In this document: piece by piece, positions 7,499 through 17,895 of the stretch
Position numbering within the stretch: position 1 is the stretch's first letter
Layout: each line of letters opens with the position of its first letter
Source of the DNA: Actinomycetota bacterium
Lineage (GTDB): Bacteria > Actinomycetota > CADDZG01 > JAHWKV01
Direction: 5' to 3'
Length of the DNA stretch: 63,698 bases
NCBI GenBank assembly: GCA_046262935.1
Contig: JBHELT010000018.1
Coordinates: forward strand, 1-63,698
Notes under the pieces: generated by a model
Told to the model about the DNA's origin: nothing
Database searches by the model: none
What the model saw: only the letters and a program-made list of their open reading frames with translations
Translations under genes and position numbers: made by a program

Positions 7499-9126
7499 CT
7501 TCCCAACTCGCGCAGAACTGGGTCACCGAATAGATCCGTTGGCTTATTGATCGCGGCGACAACGCTCGTCCTGAACCCGACGTGATCGACCCCGAACCAG
7601 ATGGGAAGGATGGGAACCGATTCGCAAAGCGCCGATGCCGCCCGCGCATAGATCGCGGCGCGCTCGGAGTCCGAAACGGTCGCTCGCGCTTTCTTCATAA
7701 GCATGTCGAAGCTCGAGTCGCTGAATCTTTCGTAGTTATCGAGGCTGCCGGTAGAGAACAATGGATCGAGGATAGCTTCGGGCGACGGATACTTGAGCGA
7801 CCATGCCAAGCGGTATGGCCCATCAGGCCCATCGCCGGCGAGGATGTCGAGGAATACCTTCCAATCGTCCGATCTCAAAGTCGATGTGACACCGATGCTC
7901 TCGTTCCACGACTTGATGAGCGGCCGCAACCACGCCTCATGGCCCCCATCGGAGTTCGTCCTCACGGTCATAGTCACCTTCGATGGGTCTATCTTGGAAA
8001 GGGTCAGTTCGCGCTTCGCCTTCGGTCGGTCCGGAACCCTTGGAACCGACGTTAAGCAATCAGATGCCTTCGATGCTGGTCCCGCCGTTGGTGGGAGCAT
8101 CCCGGTTGCGATCAGGCGCGTCCCAACCAGAACCCCGTCAACTATCGCCTGCCTGTTGATAGATCGATCAAGCGCAACGCGGAAATGCGGATCGTTGAAA
8201 GGAGGTCGCGTGACCGGCAAGCCGATGTAGGACACGAGCCCGTTCGCGGCAGCCTGAACCGAGATGCCCGCACGCTTCGCTCTTGCGATCTCATCGACCG
8301 GAACCTCAGCCACATCGGCTTTCTTAGCGGCGAGGGTCTTGAACACATCAACTGGGCTCTTGCCGAATATGAATTCGATCCTGTCGTACCAACCACGACC
8401 AGCACGAGACATAGAAGGCCTCATCCCCTGATAAGCGGTGTAGCGAGTGAGGCCTAGGCCATGGCCCTTCTCCCATGGTTTGGCCAGCATGTAGGGCCCC
8501 GTACAAGAAGGCGCATCCCCAAACGACCCTTTGTCCACTTCCTCCTTGGGAACCGCAGTGCCCGCGGTTGGATTGGACAAGATGGTGGGTAACTCCGCGA
8601 ATGGCTCCGAGGTTTCGACAGTAAGGGTTTTGTCGCCAATCGCCTTCACTCCGGAGAGAGTGGGAGTCTTGTCTGTCCTTAGATCAAGGTAACCTGCCAC
8701 TTTCTCGAACAAGAAGTGCTGGGCAGAACCCGTCTTTGCAGATACGAAACGTGAGATCGAATAGACGAAGTCCGACGCCGTTACCTCGCGACCGTTATGG
8801 AATTTGATCCCGGTTCGCAGGTGGAATGTGAAGTGGCGCGCATCGGGTGATACATCCCAAGAGGCTGCGATATCGGGGACGAGGCGCCCGGTCGTTGGTT
8901 CGAACGTGACCAACGTGTCGCATAGCTGCTTCAACACCAACACAGCGGCCCGGCTATTGGCGGCTACAGGGTCGAGCGATTCGGGTTCGAGCGAAGCGAC
9001 GGTCAACGTGCCCCCCACCCTCGGTAGCCGGTGAGGCGAAGACTCGACGGCCGAGGGATTGATCGCACAGGCGGGGAACGCGACGGCGAACAGGGCCAAG
9101 GCAACCCATCGTCTTACTGAAATCAC
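7495..9126 (-). CDS. Peptide ABC substrate-binding lipoprotein (family 5)
   Basis: Lipobox; EPESLDP, FHNGREVTASDFVYS, CTGPY. Confidence 0.92.
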   Translation of the reverse strand: MISVRRWVALALFAVAFPACAINPSAVESSPHRLPRVGGTLTVASLEPESLDPVAANSRAAVLVLKQLCDTLVTFEPTTGRLVPDIAASWDVSPDARHFTFHLRTGIKFHNGREVTASDFVYSISRFVSAKTGSAQHFLFEKVAGYLDLRTDKTPTLSGVKAIGDKTLTVETSEPFAELPTILSNPTAGTAVPKEEVDKGSFGDAPSCTGPYMLAKPWEKGHGLGLTRYTAYQGMRPSMSRAGRGWYDRIEFIFGKSPVDVFKTLAAKKADVAEVPVDEIARAKRAGISVQAAANGLVSYIGLPVTRPPFNDPHFRVALDRSINRQAIVDGVLVGTRLIATGMLPPTAGPASKASDCLTSVPRVPDRPKAKRELTLSKIDPSKVTMTVRTNSDGGHEAWLRPLIKSWNESIGVTSTLRSDDWKVFLDILAGDGPDGPYRLAWSLKYPSPEAILDPLFSTGSLDNYERFSDSSFDMLMKKARATVSDSERAAIYARAASALCESVPILPIWFGVDHVGFRTSVVAAINKPTDLFGDPVLRELGR

Positions 9127-9172
9127 TCCGGCAATCTATCTCAAGCACGTGCGAACCGACCGACATCTGTGA

Positions 9173-10774
9173 TCACGAACGCGACGCCGACCTCAGTATC
9201 GGAGTGCCGAAGAGATCGAGCCTGGTGGACCCAACGCTGTGTACGGCATCCGAGAAAACCCAATGTCTGACCCCGAACCAAAGAGGCGCGCCCGGCATCA
9301 GCTGACAAATGCGGTTCTCCGCTTGCTGCCATTGAACATCTGCCCGGGTCGGATCCACTTCTGCCCTTGCGCTGTCTATGTCTGCGTCGACCTGGGCGTC
9401 GGAAAATGACATCGTGTTGCGCGGGGAACCCGATCTCACTAAAGCACCGAAGCGGTCGTCGGGGACCGGTAGGCGTGGATCGTTTACCACGATCCATATG
9501 CCAGACGCGCTGTGACCGGCAAGCGAAGTGCCAAAACCGCCCGGATCGAGGGGCTGGAGTTTCAGATCTATCCGGATCGCATCTTTCACCTGCACCTCGA
9601 TCGCCTGAGCTACCAATCGCGAGATCCGTGAGGAATCGAATATGAGTTCCAGGTTGGACTTCGCAGGATCGATCCCTGTCGAAGCGAAAATAGTCTTGGC
9701 TCTATCGGTATCGGCGATCTTGTGCAGGGAGTCCGAGCACACGGATGCGCGGTCTGTTTCATCGGGCAACCATTGGGTCGCCGACTGACGCTGATCACCG
9801 AAGGCCGCATCGATGAGCACCAACCTGTCCAACGCCAGTGAGATGGCCAGCCGCAATCTGGGGTCCGCGGTTGCTGGCTTCGTGACGTCGAACGCAAGAT
9901 AGGTCATCTCCGGAGTGTTGCGGCGTGCGTAGCCCTTAAGCGATCGAGCTTCGACCAGCCGAGAGTCTGGAACTTGGCTCACTGCAACGGTTCCCGCCTT
10001 GAATGCGTCGAAGGCCTCCTCGATGGATGCGAACAGATGAAAGTCGATCCGGTCAGCCGCGCCGTGCCCAGACTCCGTGAAAGCCACATTCGCGCTTCTG
10101 CTCGATGTCGCGCGCGTGAGCGTTACTGAGTTATCCGAAACCCCTTGGAACTTGTATGGGCCTGCGCAAGGCGGGGAAGAGTTCGCCACGGCAGCATCTC
10201 TCTCAACAGATTTGGGGCTGAGCGGAATGAGGGCCGGGTCCGCCAATACAGAAACCATGTCAGACGACGGTTCGCTGAATCGGATCGCTATCGACGAGAT
10301 CCCCACCGCGGTTACTCCAGGAAGGTCGCTCGTTTGCCCCGATCGCACATCTTGGAACCCCTCTATCCGGCTCAACAACGAAGCCGACGGTGAAGCAGTT
10401 GCTGGTCGAACCACGCGCGACAGCGCTTCTCTGATGGCCGGTGCATCCACGGGAGTGTCATCGACGAACTTGACCTTCGGACGAAGGTCAAGAACCAGTG
10501 ATCGAGAGTCTTTGCCAAAAGTCCAACCCTTGGCCAGGGCTGGTCGCGGTTTGCCAGTTTCGGGGTCAAGGCCAACAAGCCCATCACAAGCGGTCCGCAA
10601 CATGAGCAATGCCGATTGAGTGGTCGCTTTGGCCGGATCGAGGTCCCCAGGAGCGAGCGTTCCCACGGACAGCGATCCGCCCCCCGTTTTCGTGACAGGC
10701 GCGACGGCGCCTTTTGGACCACAGGAACCGATCAACAAAACCAACGCCGAAACGGCGATGAAGCGTCGTATCAA
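9173..10774 (-). CDS. Peptide ABC substrate-binding lipoprotein (family 5)
   Basis: Lipobox IGSC; DLDPA, CAGPY; TTG start overlaps the oppF stop (track 10804). Confidence 0.9.
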   Translation of the reverse strand: MIRRFIAVSALVLLIGSCGPKGAVAPVTKTGGGSLSVGTLAPGDLDPAKATTQSALLMLRTACDGLVGLDPETGKPRPALAKGWTFGKDSRSLVLDLRPKVKFVDDTPVDAPAIREALSRVVRPATASPSASLLSRIEGFQDVRSGQTSDLPGVTAVGISSIAIRFSEPSSDMVSVLADPALIPLSPKSVERDAAVANSSPPCAGPYKFQGVSDNSVTLTRATSSRSANVAFTESGHGAADRIDFHLFASIEEAFDAFKAGTVAVSQVPDSRLVEARSLKGYARRNTPEMTYLAFDVTKPATADPRLRLAISLALDRLVLIDAAFGDQRQSATQWLPDETDRASVCSDSLHKIADTDRAKTIFASTGIDPAKSNLELIFDSSRISRLVAQAIEVQVKDAIRIDLKLQPLDPGGFGTSLAGHSASGIWIVVNDPRLPVPDDRFGALVRSGSPRNTMSFSDAQVDADIDSARAEVDPTRADVQWQQAENRICQLMPGAPLWFGVRHWVFSDAVHSVGSTRLDLFGTPILRSASRS

Positions 10775-11865
10775 ACCACGGTCTTGTGCTTGGCGAAATG
10801 ACATGCTGCGAATTGCCCCGGCGAGTGCTCTTCGAGTTCGGGTTCCACGTCAACGCACACCTTGGCCACCTGCCGATGCACCACTTTCCCGATGGTAACC
10901 ACCTGCTGTTCCCCGGCGGCCGCGACCTCTTCGCTCCTGAAGCATCGTGTGTGGAATCTGCACCCCGGCGGCGGATTCGCAGGACTCGGGACATCGCCGC
11001 GAAGGATCACGCGCTGCCTCTGCTTCTCTTTGGATGGGTCGGGGATAGGCACGGCTGACAGCAACGCCTGCGAATACGGATGCATCGGGCTCTGGTAAAC
11101 CGCGTTCTGCGGGGCGAGCTCAACAACCTTGCCCAGATACATGACCAGGACATCATCGCTGATATGCCTGACCACCGACAGATCGTGCGCGATGAAAACG
11201 TAGGTGAGGTGTCGCTCGGCCTGAAGATCCTCCAGTAAGTTGATTATCTGAGCTTGGATCGAAACATCCAATGCCGACACAGGTTCATCGCAGATGATTA
11301 GTTTGGGCTCGAGCGCCAAAGCTCTCGCGATGCCTATCCGCTGCCTCTGCCCACCGGAGAACTCGTGGGGATATCGATTGCCGTGCTCCGGGTTCAGCCC
11401 AACCCTGTCGATAAGTTCCGATATCTTCCCTCTGCGCGCGGCGCGGGCAGACCCGTGAACGATCATGGGCTCGGCGATGATGTCGTTGACCGTCATCCTC
11501 GGATTCAAAGATGCGTAAGGGTCTTGAAAGATGATCTGCATGTCTCGCCGCAGTTCGCGCATCGCATTGTTATCTAACGAAGTTATCTCTTGGCCCTCGA
11601 ACCACACCTTGCCCGCTGTGGGCTCGAGGAGACGCAGGATGCATCGCGCCAGCGTCGACTTCCCGCAACCCGATTCACCCACGATCCCAAGGGTTTCCCC
11701 GCGACGGACCGTGAAGCTCACACCATCGACCGCTTGGACCGCTCCCACCTTCCTGCGTAGGAATCCCTTCGTTATGGGGAAGTGCTTGACCAATCCTTCG
11801 ACGCGCAGGATCTCTTCACCCTCTGCCGGGTCCTTCGGCGCCCGCGCTTCGGCGACCTGGCTCAT
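10771..11865 (-). CDS. oppF: Oligopeptide ABC ATPase
   Basis: [25 protein letters not shown]-terminal Cys motif. Confidence 0.93.
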   Translation of the reverse strand: MSQVAEARAPKDPAEGEEILRVEGLVKHFPITKGFLRRKVGAVQAVDGVSFTVRRGETLGIVGESGCGKSTLARCILRLLEPTAGKVWFEGQEITSLDNNAMRELRRDMQIIFQDPYASLNPRMTVNDIIAEPMIVHGSARAARRGKISELIDRVGLNPEHGNRYPHEFSGGQRQRIGIARALALEPKLIICDEPVSALDVSIQAQIINLLEDLQAERHLTYVFIAHDLSVVRHISDDVLVMYLGKVVELAPQNAVYQSPMHPYSQALLSAVPIPDPSKEKQRQRVILRGDVPSPANPPPGCRFHTRCFRSEEVAAAGEQQVVTIGKVVHRQVAKVCVDVEPELEEHSPGQFAACHFAKHKTVV

Positions 11866-12884
11866 CCGGCCTGCTCCGCAACCAATGACACCGGGGGTTT
11901 CCAATCTGGTTTGTCGGCGAAGTGGCACGCAGCTATGTGGTCGGTGGTAGTGGTAGGCCGAAGGGTCGGGTACTCATGTCTGCAGATGTCTTCGACGAAA
12001 GGACATCTTGGCGCGAATGGGCAATGGTGGAGTTCCTTCAATAGCGACGGCGGGGCCCCCCGTATAGGGAGCAGTCTCTCTTTCCGCTCCTGATCGAGCC
12101 GCGTGATCGAGGTCATCAATCCCCAGGTGTAGGGATGTTTGGGTTCGTAGTAGATCTGGTCGCATGTCCCCATCTCAGCAACCTTGCCCGCGTACATCAC
12201 CATCACTCTGTCTGCGACGCCCGCGACGACTCCCAGGTCGTGAGTGATCAGCATGATCGAGGAATCGAACTCGGCCTTCACCCTCAGCAGAACGTCCAGT
12301 ATCTGGGCTTGAATGGTGACGTCTAGGGCTGTGGTCGGCTCGTCGGCGATCAGAAGATCAGGGTTGAGCGCGACAGACATCGCGATCATCGCGCGCTGAC
12401 GCATCCCTCCAGAGAACTGATGGGGGTATTCACGCGCACGCTCATCGGGACGGGGGATGCCTACCAATTCGAGCAGTTCGACAGCCTGGCGCATCGAGGC
12501 CCTCTTGTTGGCCTTCGTGTGAGTTCGATAGACCTCGGCGATCTGGCGCCCAACCGTGAACACCGGGTTGAGTGCAGTTAGCGGGTCTTGGAAGATCATC
12601 GCGATCCGGTCGCCTCTAAGATCTCGCAGCCGATCCTGTTTCATCTTCAGCAGGTCCGTGCCCTTATAGAGAACCTGACCGCCGACAACTTTGCCGAACG
12701 GTTTCGGTATCAGGTTGAGTATCGACAGGGCGGTGACGCTCTTGCCAGACCCAGACTCACCAACCACGGCGAACAGTTCGCCGGGAAAGACGTCGAAACT
12801 GACATCGTCGACCGCACGAACGATCCCGTCCTCGGTCGAGAACTGGGTGCGCAGGTTGCGAACACTGAGCAGAGGTTCGATCAG
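11862..12884 (-). CDS. oppD: Oligopeptide ABC ATPase (probable CTG start)
   Basis: [16 protein letters not shown]; conserved N-terminus [19 protein letters not shown] lies upstream of the track start 12767. Confidence 0.92.
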   Translation of the reverse strand: MIEPLLSVRNLRTQFSTEDGIVRAVDDVSFDVFPGELFAVVGESGSGKSVTALSILNLIPKPFGKVVGGQVLYKGTDLLKMKQDRLRDLRGDRIAMIFQDPLTALNPVFTVGRQIAEVYRTHTKANKRASMRQAVELLELVGIPRPDERAREYPHQFSGGMRQRAMIAMSVALNPDLLIADEPTTALDVTIQAQILDVLLRVKAEFDSSIMLITHDLGVVAGVADRVMVMYAGKVAEMGTCDQIYYEPKHPYTWGLMTSITRLDQERKERLLPIRGAPPSLLKELHHCPFAPRCPFVEDICRHEYPTLRPTTTTDHIAACHFADKPDWKPPVSLVAEQAG

Positions 12885-13801
12885 CCCAATCTCCCGGCGG
12901 ACGTCGGGTCAAGGGCGTCGCGCAGACCATCACCGACGAAGTTCACACACAGAACCGTTATCAAGATCATCAGGCCTGGGAACCACACCAACCATGGCTC
13001 GGAGAGCATCGAGTCTTGGGAGCCCGAGAGCATGTTGCCCCAAGTGGCCGTTGGCGGCTGGATACCAAAGCCCAGGAACGAAAGCGTCGATTCTGAAAGG
13101 ATCGCGAGAGCGATCACCAGGGTCACGTTCACGATGATCGGGCCGAGGGTATTGGGAAGTATGTGTTTCATCATCATGCGTTTGGAGCTAGCGCCCGATG
13201 CCCTTGCGGCTTCCATGTATTCCTTCTCTTTGATCGACAACGACATTCCGCGCACGATGCGAGCGACAGGCATCCAACCGACCGCGGACAAGATGATGAC
13301 GATGTCCGATATCCCGCCCTTCAAAGCTCGCGCCGCCATCATCGCGACCGCCAAAAACGGAAGCCCTAGAAAAAGATCTGTGACCCGCATCAGCGCGTTG
13401 TCAACGAACCTTCCATAGAAACCGGCCATCACCCCCACCGCAGTTCCGATCAGCCCCGATGAAAGGGCAACACCAAGCCCCACCGCGAGAGAGATCCTTC
13501 CCCCAAAGACAACGCGGCTGAATTCGTCTCGCCCCAGTTCATCGGTTCCCATGAGGTGTCTTAGGCTCGGGCCCTCACGAGAGTGTTTCAAGTCAAGGTC
13601 GTTCGGCTTATAGGGGGCAACGAGCGGGGCGAATATGGCGACCAAGTAAAAAACGACGAGGACGATACCGCCGACCATCGCGGCGCGATGCCTGCGGAAA
13701 CGTCGCCATGCGATCTGTCGCGTCGTCCTCGACGTTGTTTCCGGTCCCTGTTCTGGCGCAGCGGGCACCGGATCAGCCACATGTGTTCCGATGGTACTCA
13801 T
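12881..13801 (-). CDS. oppC: Oligopeptide ABC permease
   Basis: HLMGTDELGRD, EAARASGA, LSFLGFGIQPP. Confidence 0.93.
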   Translation of the reverse strand: MSTIGTHVADPVPAAPEQGPETTSRTTRQIAWRRFRRHRAAMVGGIVLVVFYLVAIFAPLVAPYKPNDLDLKHSREGPSLRHLMGTDELGRDEFSRVVFGGRISLAVGLGVALSSGLIGTAVGVMAGFYGRFVDNALMRVTDLFLGLPFLAVAMMAARALKGGISDIVIILSAVGWMPVARIVRGMSLSIKEKEYMEAARASGASSKRMMMKHILPNTLGPIIVNVTLVIALAILSESTLSFLGFGIQPPTATWGNMLSGSQDSMLSEPWLVWFPGLMILITVLCVNFVGDGLRDALDPTSAGRLG

Positions 13802-13810
13802 GTTGTGCTC

Positions 13811-14824
13811 TCAGTCATAACGGATCCTTGGATCGAGTGACGCATAGAGGATGTCGGCTAGAAGATTGAAAGCCACGATCAATCCGGCTGTCACCATCAA
13901 CCAGGAAAGAACGATCGGGTGGTCGCCGCTCAAGAGCGAATCGACGAATATCCCTCCCATCCCTGGCCAAGAAAATATCGACTCGGTGATGATAAGTCCT
14001 CCGAACAGCCCACCAACATCTATAGCCACCACGGTGACCAGCGGGATCAAGGCGTTGCGGAGCCCATGCTTCAAAACGACTTTCGTCTCAGAAACTCCCT
14101 TCGCCCGAGCCGTACGCATGTAATCAGAGCCCATGACTTCGAGCATGCTCGCGCGCTCGTATCTACCCCATCCGGCGACTAACTGAACCATGAGAGCCAG
14201 TGATGGCAACGTCGCATGCCTGAGGAAATCGCCCAAGCTGAATCCGATCGTGCCAGGTCTTCGAAGGCCGCCGGTGAAGAAAAGGGGTTCCGACTCCAGA
14301 AATGCCGGCAGGAAGTGGAATGTATGGCGAAGGCTGCCGAGCCAGCGTTCCAGATAGAACCCCATCACCAATTGAAGGATGAGCCCGAACCAGAAGATCG
14401 GCATGGAGATGCCGAAGAAGGAAGCGCCAGTGAAGGTGTAGTCCAACTTCGAATAAGGCCTGACCGCCGAGTAAACCCCCACGGCGATCGCGAAGAACAG
14501 CGACAAGATCACCGCCATGGCCATCAGTTTCAAGGTGTTGACGAAACGTTCGATCAGGATGGGCTTGACTGGTCTTTCGTATTGAAGCGAGATCCCCCAG
14601 TCCCCTCTCGCGAAGTGAGAGAGCCATGCCACGTACTGCTCGGGCCCTGACTTATCCAGGCCCAAGGCCGCCTTGACTCGCGCAACATCCTCCTGGCTCA
14701 TCCGGGGGTTGATGAGCGCCCTCGTTGGGTCCGTGGTCAATCTCATGAACGTGAATACGAGCACCGATGAGACGATCAAGATCGGTATGGAGATGAGGAC
14801 GCGCCTTACGATGTAGGAGAGCAT
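13811..14824 (-). CDS. oppB: Oligopeptide ABC permease
   Basis: GDWGIS, YMRTARAKG, KHGLRNALIP, LDPRI. Confidence 0.93.
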   Translation of the reverse strand: MLSYIVRRVLISIPILIVSSVLVFTFMRLTTDPTRALINPRMSQEDVARVKAALGLDKSGPEQYVAWLSHFARGDWGISLQYERPVKPILIERFVNTLKLMAMAVILSLFFAIAVGVYSAVRPYSKLDYTFTGASFFGISMPIFWFGLILQLVMGFYLERWLGSLRHTFHFLPAFLESEPLFFTGGLRRPGTIGFSLGDFLRHATLPSLALMVQLVAGWGRYERASMLEVMGSDYMRTARAKGVSETKVVLKHGLRNALIPLVTVVAIDVGGLFGGLIITESIFSWPGMGGIFVDSLLSGDHPIVLSWLMVTAGLIVAFNLLADILYASLDPRIRYD

Positions 14825-14840
14825 CTATCTCTCATTATAG

Positions 14841-14868
14841 GAACAGGGCCCGGATAACCGGGCCCTGT
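14841..14868. terminator. Perfect hairpin between the SBP gene and oppB
   Basis: AACAGGGCCCGG-ATAA-CCGGGCCCTGTT. Confidence 0.65.
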
Positions 14869-14903
14869 TCATCTTCTTTCGTTGCGGGATAACGGGGTTT
14901 TGC

Positions 14904-16676
14904 CTATCCGTTCCCTGGACACGTCTTACATGGCGGGATCTGGTCGCCTGCCCAGTTTGACGTTGCTGTCGGGTCGGGAGTTGCGACCGAGGCATACATC
15001 AGAACCTGCCAGTCACGCGAAGGCTGCCTGGTTTGGAACAGGTAGCCAGCAACTGAGTTGTCGGTTCTAACGTGGATACCTATCCCTTCGAGCTGCTTGA
15101 CCAGGATCAACTGGAACTGTTCACGACCGGTGTTACCGGCAGTCGTTCCGTACTTGAACTCCAAGGTCTTGCCGTTCTTCTTCCAGTCTTGCAGTGTGAT
15201 GGTTGCATTGTCGCCGAGCGTTTTTGGCAGATCGGCTTCTTTGATGGGCTTGCCCGCATCATCGAATGGTTTCCATCCTGCCTTGACCAAAATGTCTTCA
15301 GCCTTGGCCTGATCTTGCGTGACAGGGAAGTCGTTGTTGCACCACTTGCCGCCCGCGTTGTCTGGCACGTTGAGGAGGCAGGGGCTGACTTTGGCTTTGA
15401 AACCGGTTGGCGCGAGCAGGTCATTCACGACCTTGTCTATCGCCGCCTGACGGTCGAGCCCGAAAAGGATCGCCTGTCGCACGGCTAGTTCATCAACGGG
15501 ATGCATGTCGAGGTTGAACCACAGACCTTCATACTGCGTGCCGCCTTTGGCCTTGACCTTGCCATTGGCCACTTTGCCGCTGATCACTTCGCTCAGCGCG
15601 TCGGCCGGCTGCGGGAAGAAGGCATCGACCTCACCAGTGCGGAACGCTGCAACTTCTCCTGCTTGGCGAGCAGCTTGCTTGTTCAGGAAGATCACCTTCG
15701 CGATGGCTGGCTTGGGACCTGTGTATTTGTCGTTGCGAGACAGATCCATCTCGTTGGTGTCGAACTTGTCGATCTTGTAGGGACCGCCCGAGAATGGAAG
15801 ATCCGTCGCCATCTTGCCGGTGACATTCGGGTTGTTGTTGAACGCCTTGGCTTCCATGATGCCCCCGGCGCCGCTGCCGAAGAGATCTTTCCAAGGTGCG
15901 TACGGCTCTTTGAACTTGATGGTGACTTTGCTTCCCGCCGTGACGACGTCGGTGATCTTTTCGTAGCCGACCCGCGAGAGTGCGTCGGGCGTCTTCATAA
16001 CGGCCTGCCAGGTGAACTTGATGTCTTCACCGGTGATCTTGGTGCCGTCGGCCCAGTTCGCGTCATTCAGATCGTAAGTGACCGAGAATGGGCTCTCGGT
16101 GAGGGTTCCCTTCTCTTTGCTCGGGATCTCTTTGATCAAGTACGAAGGCTCATATTCGTTGCCAGCGGTTAGCTGGGTGAGCTTGGGATACGCGACATTC
16201 GTCAGGTAGAACAGCCAGGACGAGTTGGCGCAGGACGTGATCTGGTTCAAACAGGTGGGCCACTGTTCCGCTCCAAACTTGAGCGTGTCACTTCCTTTGA
16301 GCGACCACTTGGGAAGTTCGCCTGAGAAGGCTGCCTGGCCGCCGTTGAAGTCGAGGTCGGCACCGAGCTTGGCCGAGTTCCAAACGAGGATGGATGGCTT
16401 TGCGTACAGAGGGATCGAAGCGATATCTTTGAACGTGAGCGCACCTATCTTCTTGAATTCCTCAACGCGCTTAGCTTCGTCGAGTTCCTTATCTGAATCC
16501 TTCATCAACTTCGTGGCTTCTGCGTTGTTCCACCCGTCAAAGTTCGCGCCTGACGCGGCTGCCGCCGATGCCGAGGGTGATGCGCTTGTCCCACCCGTCG
16601 TTGACTTAGTGCATGCCGCCAAGAGCATCGCCATAACAACAGCGATCCCCAGGATGTATCTACCCCTTTGCCTCAC
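14904..16676 (-). CDS. Family 5 ABC substrate-binding lipoprotein, apparently circularly permuted
   Basis: Lipobox LAAC; WADGTKITGEDIKFTW, SGGPY; a normally C-terminal segment sits at the N-terminus; GTG 16676 after GGAGG. Confidence 0.88.
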   Translation of the reverse strand: MRQRGRYILGIAVVMAMLLAACTKSTTGGTSASPSASAAAASGANFDGWNNAEATKLMKDSDKELDEAKRVEEFKKIGALTFKDIASIPLYAKPSILVWNSAKLGADLDFNGGQAAFSGELPKWSLKGSDTLKFGAEQWPTCLNQITSCANSSWLFYLTNVAYPKLTQLTAGNEYEPSYLIKEIPSKEKGTLTESPFSVTYDLNDANWADGTKITGEDIKFTWQAVMKTPDALSRVGYEKITDVVTAGSKVTIKFKEPYAPWKDLFGSGAGGIMEAKAFNNNPNVTGKMATDLPFSGGPYKIDKFDTNEMDLSRNDKYTGPKPAIAKVIFLNKQAARQAGEVAAFRTGEVDAFFPQPADALSEVISGKVANGKVKAKGGTQYEGLWFNLDMHPVDELAVRQAILFGLDRQAAIDKVVNDLLAPTGFKAKVSPCLLNVPDNAGGKWCNNDFPVTQDQAKAEDILVKAGWKPFDDAGKPIKEADLPKTLGDNATITLQDWKKNGKTLEFKYGTTAGNTGREQFQLILVKQLEGIGIHVRTDNSVAGYLFQTRQPSRDWQVLMYASVATPDPTATSNWAGDQIPPCKTCPGNG

Positions 16677-16768
16677 TACGCACCTCCATGTCGAAGATTC
16701 AACCAAGCGTTTTACGCCTGGCCGGGCATCCTATAGCCCTATGTCACAGTAAAAGTGGATTCAGCCTA

Positions 16769-16996
16769 TTACTTGAGGTTTAGCACAAGCAATATCGTGG
16801 TTGTGGCGAACACCAAGGCGGTCACGATGGTGATCCGGTCGAGATTGCGTTCAACTGCGGTCGAACCTCCAACCCCACCTCCCAATCCTCCGCCGAACAT
16901 CTCCGAAAGACCGCCACCGCGGCCTGCATGCAACAGGATGAACATAACCAATGCAGCGGCCGATAAAACATGGAAAACAACAATGACGGTAAGAAC
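16769..16996 (-). CDS. secG: Preprotein translocase subunit SecG (probable GTT start)
   Basis: ILLH.GRGGGLSEMFGGG...ERNLDRIT; follows tpiA; first TM begins upstream of the track start. Confidence 0.9.
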   Translation of the reverse strand, partial: VLTVIVVFHVLSAAALVMFILLHAGRGGGLSEMFGGGLGGGVGGSTAVERNLDRITIVTALVFATTTILLVLNLK

Positions 16997-17130
16997 GGCT
17001 ACCTCCCTAGGTGATTACGACGGTTGTGAGTCTAACGCGCCGCAACCCAGCTGGCCCCTTAGGACCCGATCCCGCGCACGTCAGCGAGCACATCAGTCGC
17101 AGAGCAGGAACCCCTTAACTGGGCTATTGG

Positions 17131-17895
17131 TCACTTTTGGTACTGGACCAGCCGCGCAAAGTCTTCGGCCTCCAGGCTGGCTCCACCAACCAATGCGCCG
17201 TCTATGTCTGGCTGTGACATCAATTCGGCGATGTTGCCAGGCTTCACGCTTCCTCCATATTGGACTCGAAGATCGTCCGCTGAATCGGGCGCGAAGTCAC
17301 GGACAGTGGTTCTGATGAACGAACTCATTGCCTGAGCGTCCTCAGACGAGGCGGTCTTGCCTGTTCCGATCGCCCAGATGGGTTCGTAGGCGATCACCAT
17401 CTTGGCGACCTGCTCCCCGGTCAAACCCTTGGTGCCCTCCAAGACCTGGGCGGAGACCCTCTCCTGCGCTACAGAGCCTTCACGCTCTTCGAGCGTTTCA
17501 CCAACGCACATGATCGGGATGAGTCCCGACTCGAACGCTGCGGTCACCTTCTTGTTCACGGTTTCGTCGGTTTCAGCGAAGGATTGCCTGCGTTCCGAGT
17601 GACCGATGATCACGTACTTAACACCGAGCTTGGTGAGCATGGACGCAGATATCTCGCCGGTGAATGCGCCCGATGATTCCCAGTGCATGTCCTGTGCCCC
17701 TATCGAGATCTCCAGGTCATCGCCGTCGATGGTTGTTTGAACTGAGCGGATAGCTGTGAATGGCGGGCAGATGACGATGTCGACCTGATCATAGGTAACC
17801 GGTTCGAGATGGTTGCGTAACGCCTCGACGAAGTGGATCGCATCGAGGTGTGACTTGTTCATCTTCCAATTCGCTGCGATCACGGGCTTTCTCAT
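17131..17895 (-). CDS. tpiA: Triosephosphate isomerase
   Basis: AANWKMN, GHSERR, AYEPIWAIGTG, YGGSVK. Confidence 0.97.
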   Translation of the reverse strand: MRKPVIAANWKMNKSHLDAIHFVEALRNHLEPVTYDQVDIVICPPFTAIRSVQTTIDGDDLEISIGAQDMHWESSGAFTGEISASMLTKLGVKYVIIGHSERRQSFAETDETVNKKVTAAFESGLIPIMCVGETLEEREGSVAQERVSAQVLEGTKGLTGEQVAKMVIAYEPIWAIGTGKTASSEDAQAMSSFIRTTVRDFAPDSADDLRVQYGGSVKPGNIAELMSQPDIDGALVGGASLEAEDFARLVQYQK

